Source: Gammaproteobacteria bacterium
GTDB lineage: Bacteria; Pseudomonadota; Gammaproteobacteria; UBA4575
Length of the DNA stretch: 64,000 nt
Direction: 5' to 3'
Assembly (NCBI GenBank): GCA_965262455.1
Contig: CBDHFH010000003.1
Coordinates: 94,360-158,359 of the forward strand
Shown here one piece after another: positions 39,874-49,470 of the stretch. Position numbers and translations under genes: made by a program. Position 1 is the stretch's first letter, and every line of letters starts with the position of its first letter. The notes beneath the pieces are model-generated. The model made no database searches and was not told the DNA's origin. It saw only the letters and a list, made by a program, of their open reading frames with translations.

Positions 39874-41055
39874 ATGTCGACACAGCTTGATTCAATAAAA
39901 TTGAATATCACTAACGCATCGGACCAATGCGTCATGTGTGGCATGTGTTTACCTCACTGCCCAACATATCAGGTTAGCCGACATGAAGCAGAATCACCGC
40001 GTGGACGTATATCATTAATTAAAGCATTTGCCGAGGGCAGCCTGGATGCAAGTGATCACCTTGAAGCGCATATGCAAAGTTGTACAGGTTGCTTGACGTG
40101 CCAACATGTCTGTCCAGCCAATGTCGATTTCCAAACAATTATCGATACCGGTAAACAACTTTATCGCCACAAACAAAGTCGTTCTGCACGCATCCTGCAA
40201 AACTTAACCATCAATGTAATGACTCAACAATGGGGTCATACAGTCATTAAATTAGCCAGTCGATTTGTAAAATATATACCTAATACACATCGACATATGC
40301 AGCTGCTCAGGCATGTAACCAATGAACCACAACTTAGAGCTAATCAGACTGAAACAAGTATTACTGTTTTCCCAGGATGTACAGGCAACTTATTTGACCA
40401 ACAATCATTGAATAGCCTAATCACCATATTGAATGCCATTGGTGTCAGCGCTCAGTTTCCCGACAAACTATATTGTTGTGGCGCACTTTCTCAACATAGT
40501 GGTCGACTTCAACAAGCCGAAAAAGACATACACAACATAAAACATTATTTTAAAAAAAATACATCGACTACTTTGCTTTCATTTGCAAATGGCTGCGGCC
40601 GCCAGCTCGATGAGCAATTCACTGATAGTAATGTCACGCATTATGATGCACTTGAGTGGTTTAACACACAACAGGCAGCAAAAGAGCTTAAATTTTCAAG
40701 TACCAACAAGTGTGTGCTTATACACACTCCCTGTAGTGTTGCACCAACAAAGCAAGCAATTACTTATCAATTATTAAAAAACATTCCCGGCATTAAGCTG
40801 ATCGAATTTGATGATAACCTTGCATGTTGTGGTGCAGGCGGTATGCAGTTGACCTCACCAGAAGAAAGTAATCAGCGTTTGTTAGATAGCAAAGTCAACA
40901 CAATAAACAATCTTAAACCTGATGTTATTGTTTCATCCAATATTGGATGCTCACTGAATTTTAAACTGGGCTTGGATAAGACAGCTTTAGACATTGAGGT
41001 CATTCATCCGTTAACATTACTGGCAAGGCAATTGATAACTCACACTAATGAATAA
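39874..41055 (+). CDS. GlcF-like (Fe-S)-binding oxidoreductase subunit: two 4Fe-4S ferredoxin motifs plus two CCG (Cys-rich) domains
   Basis: 393 aa; CxxCxxCxxxCP twice (CVMCGMCLPHCP, CTGCLTCQHVCP) then CCG motifs (YCCGALSQHSG, ACCGAGGMQ). Stop overlaps the coq7 start by 8 nt. Confidence 0.75.
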   Translation: MSTQLDSIKLNITNASDQCVMCGMCLPHCPTYQVSRHEAESPRGRISLIKAFAEGSLDASDHLEAHMQSCTGCLTCQHVCPANVDFQTIIDTGKQLYRHKQSRSARILQNLTINVMTQQWGHTVIKLASRFVKYIPNTHRHMQLLRHVTNEPQLRANQTETSITVFPGCTGNLFDQQSLNSLITILNAIGVSAQFPDKLYCCGALSQHSGRLQQAEKDIHNIKHYFKKNTSTTLLSFANGCGRQLDEQFTDSNVTHYDALEWFNTQQAAKELKFSSTNKCVLIHTPCSVAPTKQAITYQLLKNIPGIKLIEFDDNLACCGAGGMQLTSPEESNQRLLDSKVNTINNLKPDVIVSSNIGCSLNFKLGLDKTALDIEVIHPLTLLARQLITHTNE

Positions 41056-41686
41056 ACGAAACTTTTGTGACACTCTTATAGAAGAATTTGATCGTGGCTT
41101 AAGGACATTGACCAAAGCCTCACGTAGCGCATCACGCGACAATCCCGCGGATGACATTCCTGAAGCTGACCTAAATGACCAAGAAGCAACCCTTAGCGGC
41201 AGACTCATGCGTGTCAATCATGCAGGCGAAATTGCTGCACAAGGGCTCTATCATGGTCAGGCGCTTACTGCACGCAATCAAGCTACGCTTGAGCAGATGC
41301 GTGTGTCTGCCAAGGAAGAAGAAGATCATCTTGCCTGGTGTGAACAACGCCTCAATGAATTACAAACTCCAACCAGCATGATTACCCCGTTGTGGTATGC
41401 TGGGTCTTATGCCATCGGTGCTACCGCAGGATTGTTTGGTGATAAATGGAGTTTAGGTTTTGTTGCGGAAACAGAAAACCAAGTAGAACAACATTTACAA
41501 AGTCACCTGGAAAAACTTCCCGCTCAAGATGAAAAAAGTAAATCTATTATCGACTTAATGCAGCAAGATGAACGCAGGCATGGTGATGCGGCAAGAAATT
41601 TAGGTGGTGTTGATCTTCCCAAACCTGTGCAAAAAGCGATGCAAGCTGTATCTAAAGTCATGACAACAGGTGCTTTCTGGATTTAA
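41048..41686 (+). CDS. coq7: Demethoxyubiquinone hydroxylase, di-iron carboxylate type (Coq7)
   Basis: 212 aa; di-iron ligand motifs (RVNHAGEIAAQGLYHGQ, EEEDHLAWCEQRL, QDERRHGD). Confidence 0.85.
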   Translation: MNKRNFCDTLIEEFDRGLRTLTKASRSASRDNPADDIPEADLNDQEATLSGRLMRVNHAGEIAAQGLYHGQALTARNQATLEQMRVSAKEEEDHLAWCEQRLNELQTPTSMITPLWYAGSYAIGATAGLFGDKWSLGFVAETENQVEQHLQSHLEKLPAQDEKSKSIIDLMQQDERRHGDAARNLGGVDLPKPVQKAMQAVSKVMTTGAFWI

Positions 41687-41701
41687 CAACGGCCAAATAA
41701 A

Positions 41702-42097
41702 ATGAACCCATATAGAATATTTACAGGTTTGATAACTACATTTGTATTGCTATTTACTAACAGTGCATTTGCTGATGAAGCTAGCGCAACTAAAGAGCTA
41801 GAACAAATTATTGTGTTTGATCAAACCTGCATAATAATGCACACAGAAGGCAGAAAGTATTTAGAAAACAAAGAAAAAATTGCTCAGTCTTATGGTGCAA
41901 GCGCACTCATCGAAAAACATCTGGAAATGCGCTTGAAAGAGTATTCAGAATTAACCGGCAACAATATTGACGCGACCCGCGACGCAACATTTGACAAAGG
42001 CGTTGTATTATTCAAAGAACTTTCCAAATACCAACCCAGAGATCTGGTAATGCAATGCAAAGGATTAGTTGAAGAAATAGTAAAGACTAATATCTAG
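41702..42097 (+). CDS. Hypothetical secreted protein
   Basis: 131 aa with signal peptide (LLFTNSAFA); no recognisable domain. Confidence 0.45.
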   Translation: MNPYRIFTGLITTFVLLFTNSAFADEASATKELEQIIVFDQTCIIMHTEGRKYLENKEKIAQSYGASALIEKHLEMRLKEYSELTGNNIDATRDATFDKGVVLFKELSKYQPRDLVMQCKGLVEEIVKTNI

Positions 42098-42149
42098 TGA
42101 GTGCGAACTTAAATATTTAATCAAACGTCATATTTCGTAGCGATAGCGG

Positions 42150-42488
42150 TCATTCAATTTCGTTACCGTATTCGTCGAGAGGCGCCCTTCTAAGCTCAAC
42201 GACTTTCGTCTTCTTATGGAACACCCAATTATCATTTGTGCCGGTACAGCGACACCCTTTTAAATCACCTTTAAAACCAGTCATCCATACATGCTCACCA
42301 GAGCATAAAGGGATGCAATGATTACCATGATCTACACACCCAATAGGCCTTGAATCATCTGCGCAAGGCACGCAAAAAGTACATGCCTGGATGAATTGTT
42401 CATAATTTTGAATGTAGCTGACATCAGGTTGCGAATCACATGCTGTCATAATTAGCGTTATTAAACCGCAAGCAAATAGCTTTTTCAT
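42150..42488 (-). CDS. Hypothetical Cys-rich lipoprotein
   Basis: Start MKKLFACGLITLIMTAC (lipobox) with strong RBS aaggagg 8 nt upstream; 12 Cys in ~95 mature residues. The longer 123-aa ORF start is rejected. Confidence 0.5.
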   Translation of the reverse strand: MKKLFACGLITLIMTACDSQPDVSYIQNYEQFIQACTFCVPCADDSRPIGCVDHGNHCIPLCSGEHVWMTGFKGDLKGCRCTGTNDNWVFHKKTKVVELRRAPLDEYGNEIE

Positions 42489-42739
42489 AACAAGAACCTC
42501 CTTAGAGTTTCTATTCTTCACCTATCAGCGCAAATGCAATCAGACACTTTTATTTAGTTTTCTAAAACAGTTTCACCCTTGAAACTGACCTACATCAAAA
42601 AGCTAGATTAATCAAATATTAGAATGTCATTATACACTTAAGTTGTTGATTCTTTGTCGTTATTAAGAATTTGCAACACATTTAAGTCAATCAATTGCGT
42701 GCAACACAAATTTTTTGCACCTTATGCAAGGAGAACGAC

Positions 42740-43171
42740 ATGAAAAAAATACTACCTATTTTGTTAGTAATATCGATCACACTAATGGGAGCTGTGAATG
42801 CTTCAGACCACAGTGACGATCAAAATATTTTAATTCACCTCAGTAACTATACCAACGACCTTCATTCAGTAAACATGGCCTTAAAGCTAGGGCATATGCT
42901 CTCTGAACAAGGATCATCAGTTACTTTATTTGTTGATTTAGAGGGCGTTAGATTGGTCGATAAACATCAGCCGCAAAACTTAACATGGGGCGCTGGGAAA
43001 TCGATTGAAACTTTATACAATCAATTTATTAGCGCAGGAGGCAACGTTTTAGTATGCCCACATTGTGCAGAAGCAGCAGGCGTTACAGAAGTAAGAAAAG
43101 GTGCTGTCATTGCAGATAAAGATAGCTTAACGAAAGCGATAATGTCTGCTGACAAAATCTTAGACTACTAA
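42740..43171 (+). CDS. DsrE/DsrF-like family periplasmic protein
   Basis: Start MKKILPILLVISITLMGAVNA (signal) with RBS aggaga; DsrE-like fold pattern (ILIHLSNYTN...LFVDLEGVRLV...VCPHCAEAAGV). Confidence 0.55.
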   Translation: MKKILPILLVISITLMGAVNASDHSDDQNILIHLSNYTNDLHSVNMALKLGHMLSEQGSSVTLFVDLEGVRLVDKHQPQNLTWGAGKSIETLYNQFISAGGNVLVCPHCAEAAGVTEVRKGAVIADKDSLTKAIMSADKILDY

Positions 43172-43402
43172 GTAATACATCAAATTACATGGAAGATTGT
43201 TGCATCAAGGACGATGCAAATTATAAACATTCAATGTCAGCTTTCGGCACAAAAGCGGACATAAACTTAACTGCGAAGAATAGTAAAAAAATAACGGCCT
43301 CAATAAAGAATTAGTTATTGTTCATATAAAATTGAATGTTTACTTAAACTGTTTTGCGACATCAACTCTACACTTTTGAGCAACCGATGTATCTGACCTA
43401 GG

Positions 43403-44620
43403 TTATCCCGCAAATCCAAGCAATGCTGAGCCAAACAACCACACAGCTGCAGGCAATGGAATGGGTGCAATCGTTGCAGCCCAAGCTTCAATATTACCGT
43501 TATGAGTACCATACCCAACAAGGGTTGACCCATCTTCGGAACCAAGATTAAAGATATTATGGCAAAGGCAGTAGTGAGTCCAGTCCATCCCATCGCTGAA
43601 ATATCAATACCGTCTGCAGCCAATTCATCTTCAACGCTCAACATCAGTGCCAAGGCTTCTGACCAAATGAACGCTTCATTGCCATTCGCGGAATTGCTTT
43701 GCCCCACAATCTGTGTTATAGGGCGGGTGCCATCGCCGGACACGCCAAGAGCTTCACTAGAAAAATCACCGCCAGGTAAATCCCCAAGGCCCGTCATCAT
43801 CCCGTTTTCATATTTAAACGCTTCTCTGCCATTCGCGGAACTGCCTCTTCCCACAATCACGGTGCCATCACTGGATACGTCAAAAGCAATACTTATAAGT
43901 GTAATATTACACCGCCAGGTAAATCCCCAAGGCCCGTCATCATCCCGTTTTCATATTTAAATGCTTCAGTGCCATTCGCAGAACGGCCTTGCCCCACAAT
44001 CACGGTGCCATCGCTGGACACGCCATAAGCTAAACTTTGAAAAATACGTAGAACACTTTATTCTTACGCCAGGTAAATCCCCAAGGCCCGTCATCATCCC
44101 GTTTTCATATTTAAACGCTTCTCCGCCATTCGCGGACACAAAAAGCCTTGCCCCACAATCACAGTGCCGTCACTGGACACGCCACGAGCTTCACTAAAAA
44201 AACCACCGCCGGGTAAATCCCCAAGGCCCGTCATCATCCCGTTTTCATATTTAAATGCTTCATTGCCATTCGCGGAATTGCTTCTGCCCAGAATCACGGT
44301 GCCATCGCTGGACACGCCAAGAGCAACACTTGAAGAACCACCGCCAGGTAAATCCAGCAGACGTCGTCCAAGGCCCGTCATCATCCCGTTTTCATATTTA
44401 AACGCTTCTAATAGTTAAAGCCATTCGCGGAACTCCCTCGCCCCACAATCACGTTGCCATCACTGGATACGTCAAAAGCAATACTATTAAGACTACAATG
44501 GATGTATTTGCTGCCAGGTAAATCCCCAAGGCCGGTAAAACTGGTGAATTGCACTGCATGTGCTGGACTGAGGAATAAAAAGTATAACAACGCTGGTGTC
44601 AGTAATTTATAGAATGGCAT
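43403..44620 (-). pseudogene. Disrupted HAF-repeat extracellular protein with N-terminal signal peptide and PEP-CTERM-like C-terminus; multiple frameshifts and in-frame stops
   Basis: Minus strand starts with MPFYKLLTPALLYFLFLSPAHA (signal). It then has ~6 copies of the HAF-type repeat ...SSDGTVIVG.SNSANGNEAFKYENGMMTGLGDLPGG..., and ends ...IEAWAATIAPIPLPAAVWLFGSALLGFAG-stop (PEP-CTERM-like hydrophobic anchor without the basic tail). The reading frame switches at least four times (ORFs 44408..44620, 44094..44384, 43315..43860, 43403..43588 are all pieces). There is an ~9-bp insertion (tttaactat) at 44411-44419 and a 12-bp in-frame insertion (agcagacgtcgt) at 44357-44368. Confidence 0.6.
43772..44525. 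repeat. Imperfect tandem DNA repeats, ~132-169 bp period (6 copies of ccaggtaaatccccaaggcccgtcatcatcccgttttcatatttaaaYgcttc...gccattcgcggaa...ccccacaatcacggtgccatcRctgga), underlying the HAF protein repeats
   Basis: Copies of ccRggtaaatcc at 43772, 43914, 44069, 44211, 44343, 44512. Confidence 0.85.
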
Positions 44621-44968
44621 TTACTTGGTCCCCAACTTAAATAAAGCAATAGATGATAAAACTAACTTTAATTTTTATAATAAAAATCGAACAAGCCCAA
44701 CATATGGCTGCAAAGAGATTAGGTTACGGTATGATTAACAATTACCATCATAAAAGTAATAAATAATGCCTATTTATAACTGAAAAATTACAAGTCAAAT
44801 GTTTATTATTAACTAATTTATTCAAATAATTGATTTCATGTTTATGCTTGAATGAGAGATTGATGAGTTAGAACAAACTCATCAGATAAATTGATAAATA
44901 ATATTTCAATCAATAAAATAAATGTCCGCTATGGGTCGAAAGCAGTCATTCACTCTCTAGCTAGACCT

Positions 44969-45766
44969 TTAATTCAAATTCATTCCATAAAATATTTCCG
45001 TCATCTCGTTGCGTAACTGGTTCTCTATATACTCAATTTCTTTTTGATGCATGGTGTTGTCATCATTACCAAATAGGTAATCGTCTAACTCAAACTCTTT
45101 AAGCATCATTTTGGTGTGAAATATGTTTTCCGGATACACATTCACATCGATCATTTGATATTGCTGACGTGTTTTATCTGACATGAATTCCTGGATAGAA
45201 GAAATGCTATGGTCTTTATAATATTTCTGCCCTGTGACATCGCGCGTGAAGCCGCGGATACGATAGTCCAATACAACAATGTCTTCCTCAAAACTATCAA
45301 TTAAAAAGTTAAGCGCTTTTAATGGCGATATTTTTCCACAGGTAGAAATATCCAAATCTGCACGGAAGGTACAAATGCCGCTATCTGGATGTGACTCGGG
45401 GTAAGTGTGAGCTGTGAGATGGCTTTTATCCAAATGCGCCACCACGCTGGGCGCTTCGATAGACGCATTCAAGTCATCAGGTTCTTCTGCGTAGGCATTC
45501 TCTTCAGAGATCAACATGGTGACGCTTGCACCACTGGGATCATAGTCTTGCGTGGCCACATTCAATATGGTGGCACCAATAATGTTAGCAACTTCGGCTA
45601 GCACATCAGATAAGCGCTGTGCACTATAGGTTTGATCAATATACTCTATGTACTCATGCCGTTGCTGGCTGGTCTTGGCATAACAAATATCATAGAAGTT
45701 AAAGCTGAGCGTCTTGGTGAGATTATTAAATCCATACAGGGTGATTTTTGCGTCATCTAGCGCCAT
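44969..45766 (-). CDS. speD: S-adenosylmethionine decarboxylase proenzyme (class I, E. coli SpeD type)
   Basis: 265 aa; near-collinear with E. coli SpeD ([23 protein letters not shown], self-cleavage region ENAYAEE...[10 protein letters not shown]). Confidence 0.9.
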   Translation of the reverse strand: MALDDAKITLYGFNNLTKTLSFNFYDICYAKTSQQRHEYIEYIDQTYSAQRLSDVLAEVANIIGATILNVATQDYDPSGASVTMLISEENAYAEEPDDLNASIEAPSVVAHLDKSHLTAHTYPESHPDSGICTFRADLDISTCGKISPLKALNFLIDSFEEDIVVLDYRIRGFTRDVTGQKYYKDHSISSIQEFMSDKTRQQYQMIDVNVYPENIFHTKMMLKEFELDDYLFGNDDNTMHQKEIEYIENQLRNEMTEIFYGMNLN

Positions 45767-45783
45767 ATTGGTAAGTGTTATTG

Positions 45784-46212
45784 TTAGTTATTATTAGCAG
45801 TATCGACGATTTCGTAATCGTAGCTTATGTCCACACTAGGCTTGAGCATCATGGAGACCGAACAGTATTTTTCAGAGGTCAAATCAACTGCACGTTTAAC
45901 GTGCTTGTCTTGTAGTGCCGCGCCTTTAACAATATAGTGAACATGTATTTTGGTGAATACCGCGGGAATTGCGTCAGCCCGTTCAGCACTGATTTCCACA
46001 ATACAGTCTTCTATGGCCACACGTGATTTTTGCAATATGCTGACAATATCGAACGATGTACAACCGCCTAATCCGAGCAAGATCATCTCCATTGGGCGCG
46101 CGCCGAGATTCCGTCCACCATGCTCCGGTGAACCGTCCATGACCACAGAATGCCCGCTGGCACTCTCGCCGACGAAGCTCATATGGTCTAACCATTTTAT
46201 TCGTACGTTCAT
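45784..46212 (-). CDS. yhfA: OsmC/Ohr-family protein (YhfA-like)
   Basis: 142 aa aligns with E. coli YhfA ([24 protein letters not shown]...[23 protein letters not shown]). Divergent from crp, as in E. coli. Confidence 0.8.
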   Translation of the reverse strand: MNVRIKWLDHMSFVGESASGHSVVMDGSPEHGGRNLGARPMEMILLGLGGCTSFDIVSILQKSRVAIEDCIVEISAERADAIPAVFTKIHVHYIVKGAALQDKHVKRAVDLTSEKYCSVSMMLKPSVDISYDYEIVDTANNN

Positions 46213-46302
46213 TTACTACCTTTCATTCTTCATTAAATCGACATGGGGAACTTCCTACCCTAGACTTCATCAAAATAAACCAGAAGTCAGAGGTTCCTTG
46301 TT

Positions 46303-46941
46303 GTGTCAAGCTTACAAATAAAAATGCCTACAGTTGATCCTACAGTTGCTCGCTTGCTCGAAAATTGCCATACCAAGCGCTACAGCAATGGCAGTCGTAT
46401 TATCCACGCCGGAGATCCTTCCACCACTCTTTATTATATAACTGGTGGTTCAGTCAGTGTCATGATTGAAGATGAAACTGGTCACGAAATGGTCCTTGCT
46501 TACCTAAACCAAGGTGACTTTTTCGGCGAAATGGGATTATTCGAAGAAGACGAGCGCAGTGCACTAATTATTGCGCGTGGTGAATGTGAAGTGGCTGAAA
46601 TCAGTTACACCAAGTTTCGCGACCTTGCCCACCAAGACCCGGATATCTTAATGCTACTCGCCGGTCAAATGACTCGACGTCTGCGTGCGACCAGTCGTAA
46701 GGTGATCAATTTAGCTTTCTTGGATGTCGCGGGCCGTGTTGCACGTACTTTATTAGATCTTGCTCACCAACCTGATGCGATGACTCATCCTGACGGCATG
46801 CAGATACGCATCACTCGTCAAGAGATTGCAAAAATTGTTGGTTGCTCACGTGAAATGGCTGGCCGCGTGTTAAAAGAACTCGAAGAACAAGGGCTGATTA
46901 CAGCACACGGTAAGACGATTGTAGTTTTTGGTACTCGCTAA
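46303..46941 (+). CDS. crp: cAMP receptor protein (CRP/Vfr global regulator)
   Basis: 212 aa, ~70% identical by eye to E. coli CRP across cNMP-binding and HTH regions ([16 protein letters not shown]...[52 protein letters not shown]). Confidence 0.9.
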   Translation: MSSLQIKMPTVDPTVARLLENCHTKRYSNGSRIIHAGDPSTTLYYITGGSVSVMIEDETGHEMVLAYLNQGDFFGEMGLFEEDERSALIIARGECEVAEISYTKFRDLAHQDPDILMLLAGQMTRRLRATSRKVINLAFLDVAGRVARTLLDLAHQPDAMTHPDGMQIRITRQEIAKIVGCSREMAGRVLKELEEQGLITAHGKTIVVFGTR

Positions 46942-46963
46942 ACTATTACAGTTAAATGTATTT

Positions 46964-47005
46964 AAAAATAGCACGCAACGCTCCGGCTTGTGCGCTATTT
47001 TTTGC
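46964..47005. terminator. Bidirectional rho-independent terminator between convergent crp and trpC (aaaaatagc...gctattttttg)
   Basis: 9-bp outer stem aaaaatagc/gctattttt with a GC-rich interior and flanking A-run and T-run. Confidence 0.55.
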
Positions 47006-47035
47006 ATGGGCACTAAGCGCCGAATCTGCTATCAA

Positions 47036-47851
47036 TCAATAGGCCCTGTTGGGGAAAAACAATTCTTTTAACTTAGCACCGGGATCAGGTGCACGCATAA
47101 ATGCTTCTCCTACCAAGAAAGAATTCACCCCATTAGACTGCATCATGGCAACATCCTCAGGTGTATGAATTCCACTTTCAGTCACTATTAAGCACTCAGT
47201 TGGAATTTTCTCTTTTAGCCGCAATGTGGTATCGAGATCTACATCAAAGGTGTTTAAGTTACGATTATTAATACCCAGCATGGTGGGCTGTAATGCAAGT
47301 GCACGTGCTAATTCCGCTTCATCATGCACCTCAACAAGTACATCCAAGTTGTTTTCTTTTGCTAATGCGTAAAGCGAGTGAAGTTTTTCATCATCAAGCG
47401 CAGCAACAATAAGCAACATGCAGTCTGCACCTAACACCCTGGATTCATATACCTGAAAGGGGTCGATAATAAAATCTTTTCTTAGCGCAGGTAACGAACA
47501 CGCTTTACGCGCCAACTCAAGTACCGGTCCACCTCCTTTAAAAAACTCATTGTCTGTTAACACAGACATGCAGGTGGCACCGCCAAACTGATAACTGCGT
47601 GCAATTGCCATTGGGTCAAAATCTTCACGAATAATCCCCTGACTTGGAGATGCGCGTTTAATTTCTGCAATTACACCCGCCTTATTGGCACTCGCCGCAC
47701 CACGTAACATCATTTCAAACGGTCGTTTGGCATCACTGTCTTTTGCCCACTCTTTCATTTGCTCAAACGTGACGCGAGTTTGCTTTTCTGCAATTTCTTT
47801 TTCTTTATGCGCAAGAATTTTGCTAAGTATTTCTGGAGTATCCTGAGCCAT
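47036..47851 (-). CDS. trpC: Indole-3-glycerol-phosphate synthase (monofunctional)
   Basis: 271 aa; IAEIKRASPSQG, LTDNEFF, CLPALRKDFIIDPFQ motifs; no fused TrpF domain. Confidence 0.9.
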   Translation of the reverse strand: MAQDTPEILSKILAHKEKEIAEKQTRVTFEQMKEWAKDSDAKRPFEMMLRGAASANKAGVIAEIKRASPSQGIIREDFDPMAIARSYQFGGATCMSVLTDNEFFKGGGPVLELARKACSLPALRKDFIIDPFQVYESRVLGADCMLLIVAALDDEKLHSLYALAKENNLDVLVEVHDEAELARALALQPTMLGINNRNLNTFDVDLDTTLRLKEKIPTECLIVTESGIHTPEDVAMMQSNGVNSFLVGEAFMRAPDPGAKLKELFFPNRAY

Positions 47852-47861
47852 GATTAAACTT

Positions 47862-48887
47862 CTAGTGAGTGTTGTTGGTAAACTTGATTAAGTCATCTAG
47901 TGTTTGCTGTGCAGCATTGGATATCAATTGTTTTGCCGCTAATTGCACGCCGGCAGTTAATGAGTCTGCTTTACCTGCGACATAAATAGCAGCACCCGCA
48001 TTTAGACAAACAATATCTGTGGCCGCGCCTGTCTCAGCATTTAACACTGATTTAATCATAGTGACGCTATCTGCGACATCATTCACTTTTATTGTATCTA
48101 GCGTATAGCGATCAATATCAAAGTCTTCTGGCTTAATCTGATAACTCTCAATCTGACCGTTACGTAACTCACATACATTGGTGGCACTAGAGATACTAAT
48201 TTCATCAAGCCCATCCTCTGCATGCACAATCAATGCGTGTTCTGTTCCCAGTGATTGCAATACCTGGGCAAGCGGCTGCAACCACTGATCATCAAACACG
48301 CCTAGCACCTGCCGACGCGCATTAGCCGGGTTAGTTAATGGACCCAACAAATTAAATAATGTACGTACGCCTAATTCTTTGCGTGGGCCAATGGCATGCT
48401 TCATACAACTATGATGCAGTGGAGCGAACATAAACCCGATACCCACTTGCTCAATACATTCAGCAATTTGTGCGGGGCTTAGTTCTAACTTAACACCCAA
48501 TGCTTCAAGTACATCGGCACTGCCTGACTGACTTGAAACTGATCGATTGCCATGTTTTGCAATCTTGACACCCGCGCTGGCGGCCACAATTGATGATGCG
48601 GTAGAAATATTAAAGGTTTTTTGTCCATCCCCGCCGGTGCCACAGGTATCAACGAGTGGATCAGCATTGACAGTCACTTTGGTAGACAGATTGCGCATCA
48701 CATGTGCAGCAGCAGTCAGTTCATCAACACTTTCACCTTTCATACGCAAGGCAATAATAAAGCCGGCAATTTGTGCAGGCGTCGCTTCACCTTGCATGAT
48801 GCAATTCATTGCAGCTTCCATTTGCTGGCGAGATAAGTCCTGCCTATCTAACACTGCAGTTAATGCTTGTTGAATAATGTCACTCAT
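47862..48887 (-). CDS. trpD: Anthranilate phosphoribosyltransferase
   Basis: 341 aa; [52 protein letters not shown]. Confidence 0.9.
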   Translation of the reverse strand: MSDIIQQALTAVLDRQDLSRQQMEAAMNCIMQGEATPAQIAGFIIALRMKGESVDELTAAAHVMRNLSTKVTVNADPLVDTCGTGGDGQKTFNISTASSIVAASAGVKIAKHGNRSVSSQSGSADVLEALGVKLELSPAQIAECIEQVGIGFMFAPLHHSCMKHAIGPRKELGVRTLFNLLGPLTNPANARRQVLGVFDDQWLQPLAQVLQSLGTEHALIVHAEDGLDEISISSATNVCELRNGQIESYQIKPEDFDIDRYTLDTIKVNDVADSVTMIKSVLNAETGAATDIVCLNAGAAIYVAGKADSLTAGVQLAAKQLISNAAQQTLDDLIKFTNNTH

Positions 48888-49468
48888 GCGTTTTGTTGAA
48901 TAAAATTCTTTAATAAGTGATGGCCAAAATCAGTCAATATCGATTCTGGATGAAATTGAACACCCTCTACAGGAAGTTCTTTATGCCGCACACCCATGAT
49001 TTCGTCAATCTCTCCGTTATCTTGCTGTGTCCATGCCGTCACTGATAAACAGTCTGGCAACGATTGTTTCTCGATAACCAGAGAGTGATAACGGGTCGCA
49101 GTAAACGGTTGATCACAGCCTGCGAATACGTGTTGGTTGTGATGATACACCGGTGAGGTCTTGCCATGCATGATGTCATTTGCACGTACTATATTGCCAC
49201 CAAATGCTTGGCCAATGGTTTGGTGACCCAAGCATACACCTAAGATTGGAAATTGCCCCGCGAGACTTTCCACTATATCCAACGACACACCAGCCTCATT
49301 TGGTGTGCACGGCCCGGGAGACAATACTATATGATCTGGTTTTAACTCAGTAATTTCTGACACACCAATTTGATCATTGCGCACTACTTTAACTTGCTCA
49401 CCTAACTCACCAAAGTACTGCACTAAGTTGTACGTAAACGAATCATAATTATCAATCATTAAAATCAT
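48884..49468 (-). CDS. trpG: Anthranilate synthase component II (glutamine amidotransferase)
   Basis: 194 aa; [22 protein letters not shown], catalytic triad context. 4-nt overlap with trpD. Confidence 0.9.
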   Translation of the reverse strand: MILMIDNYDSFTYNLVQYFGELGEQVKVVRNDQIGVSEITELKPDHIVLSPGPCTPNEAGVSLDIVESLAGQFPILGVCLGHQTIGQAFGGNIVRANDIMHGKTSPVYHHNQHVFAGCDQPFTATRYHSLVIEKQSLPDCLSVTAWTQQDNGEIDEIMGVRHKELPVEGVQFHPESILTDFGHHLLKNFIQQNA

Positions 49469-49470
49469 TG

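Noticed and set aside
43559-44418. Plus-strand ORFs (133, 78 and 84 aa) with repeated ...GKSPRPVIIPFSYLNASLPFAELL... motifs
   Set aside because: They are the antisense reading of the HAF-repeat array. The minus strand carries the signal peptide, HAF consensus and PEP-CTERM-like end, so the plus-strand ORFs are repeat artefacts.
43680-44530. Possible CRISPR array, because of regularly spaced direct repeats
   Set aside because: The repeat unit is ~140 bp with no short conserved repeat/spacer alternation. It is protein-coding (HAF repeats) and no cas genes are nearby.
44621-44968. AT-rich 350-bp region with hairpin gatgagtt-agaacaa-actcatc, as a possible sRNA (e.g. CsrB-like) or mobile-element scar
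   Set aside because: No GGA-repeat motifs and no inverted terminal repeats or integrase; most likely just the HAF-gene promoter region and a speD 3' hairpin.
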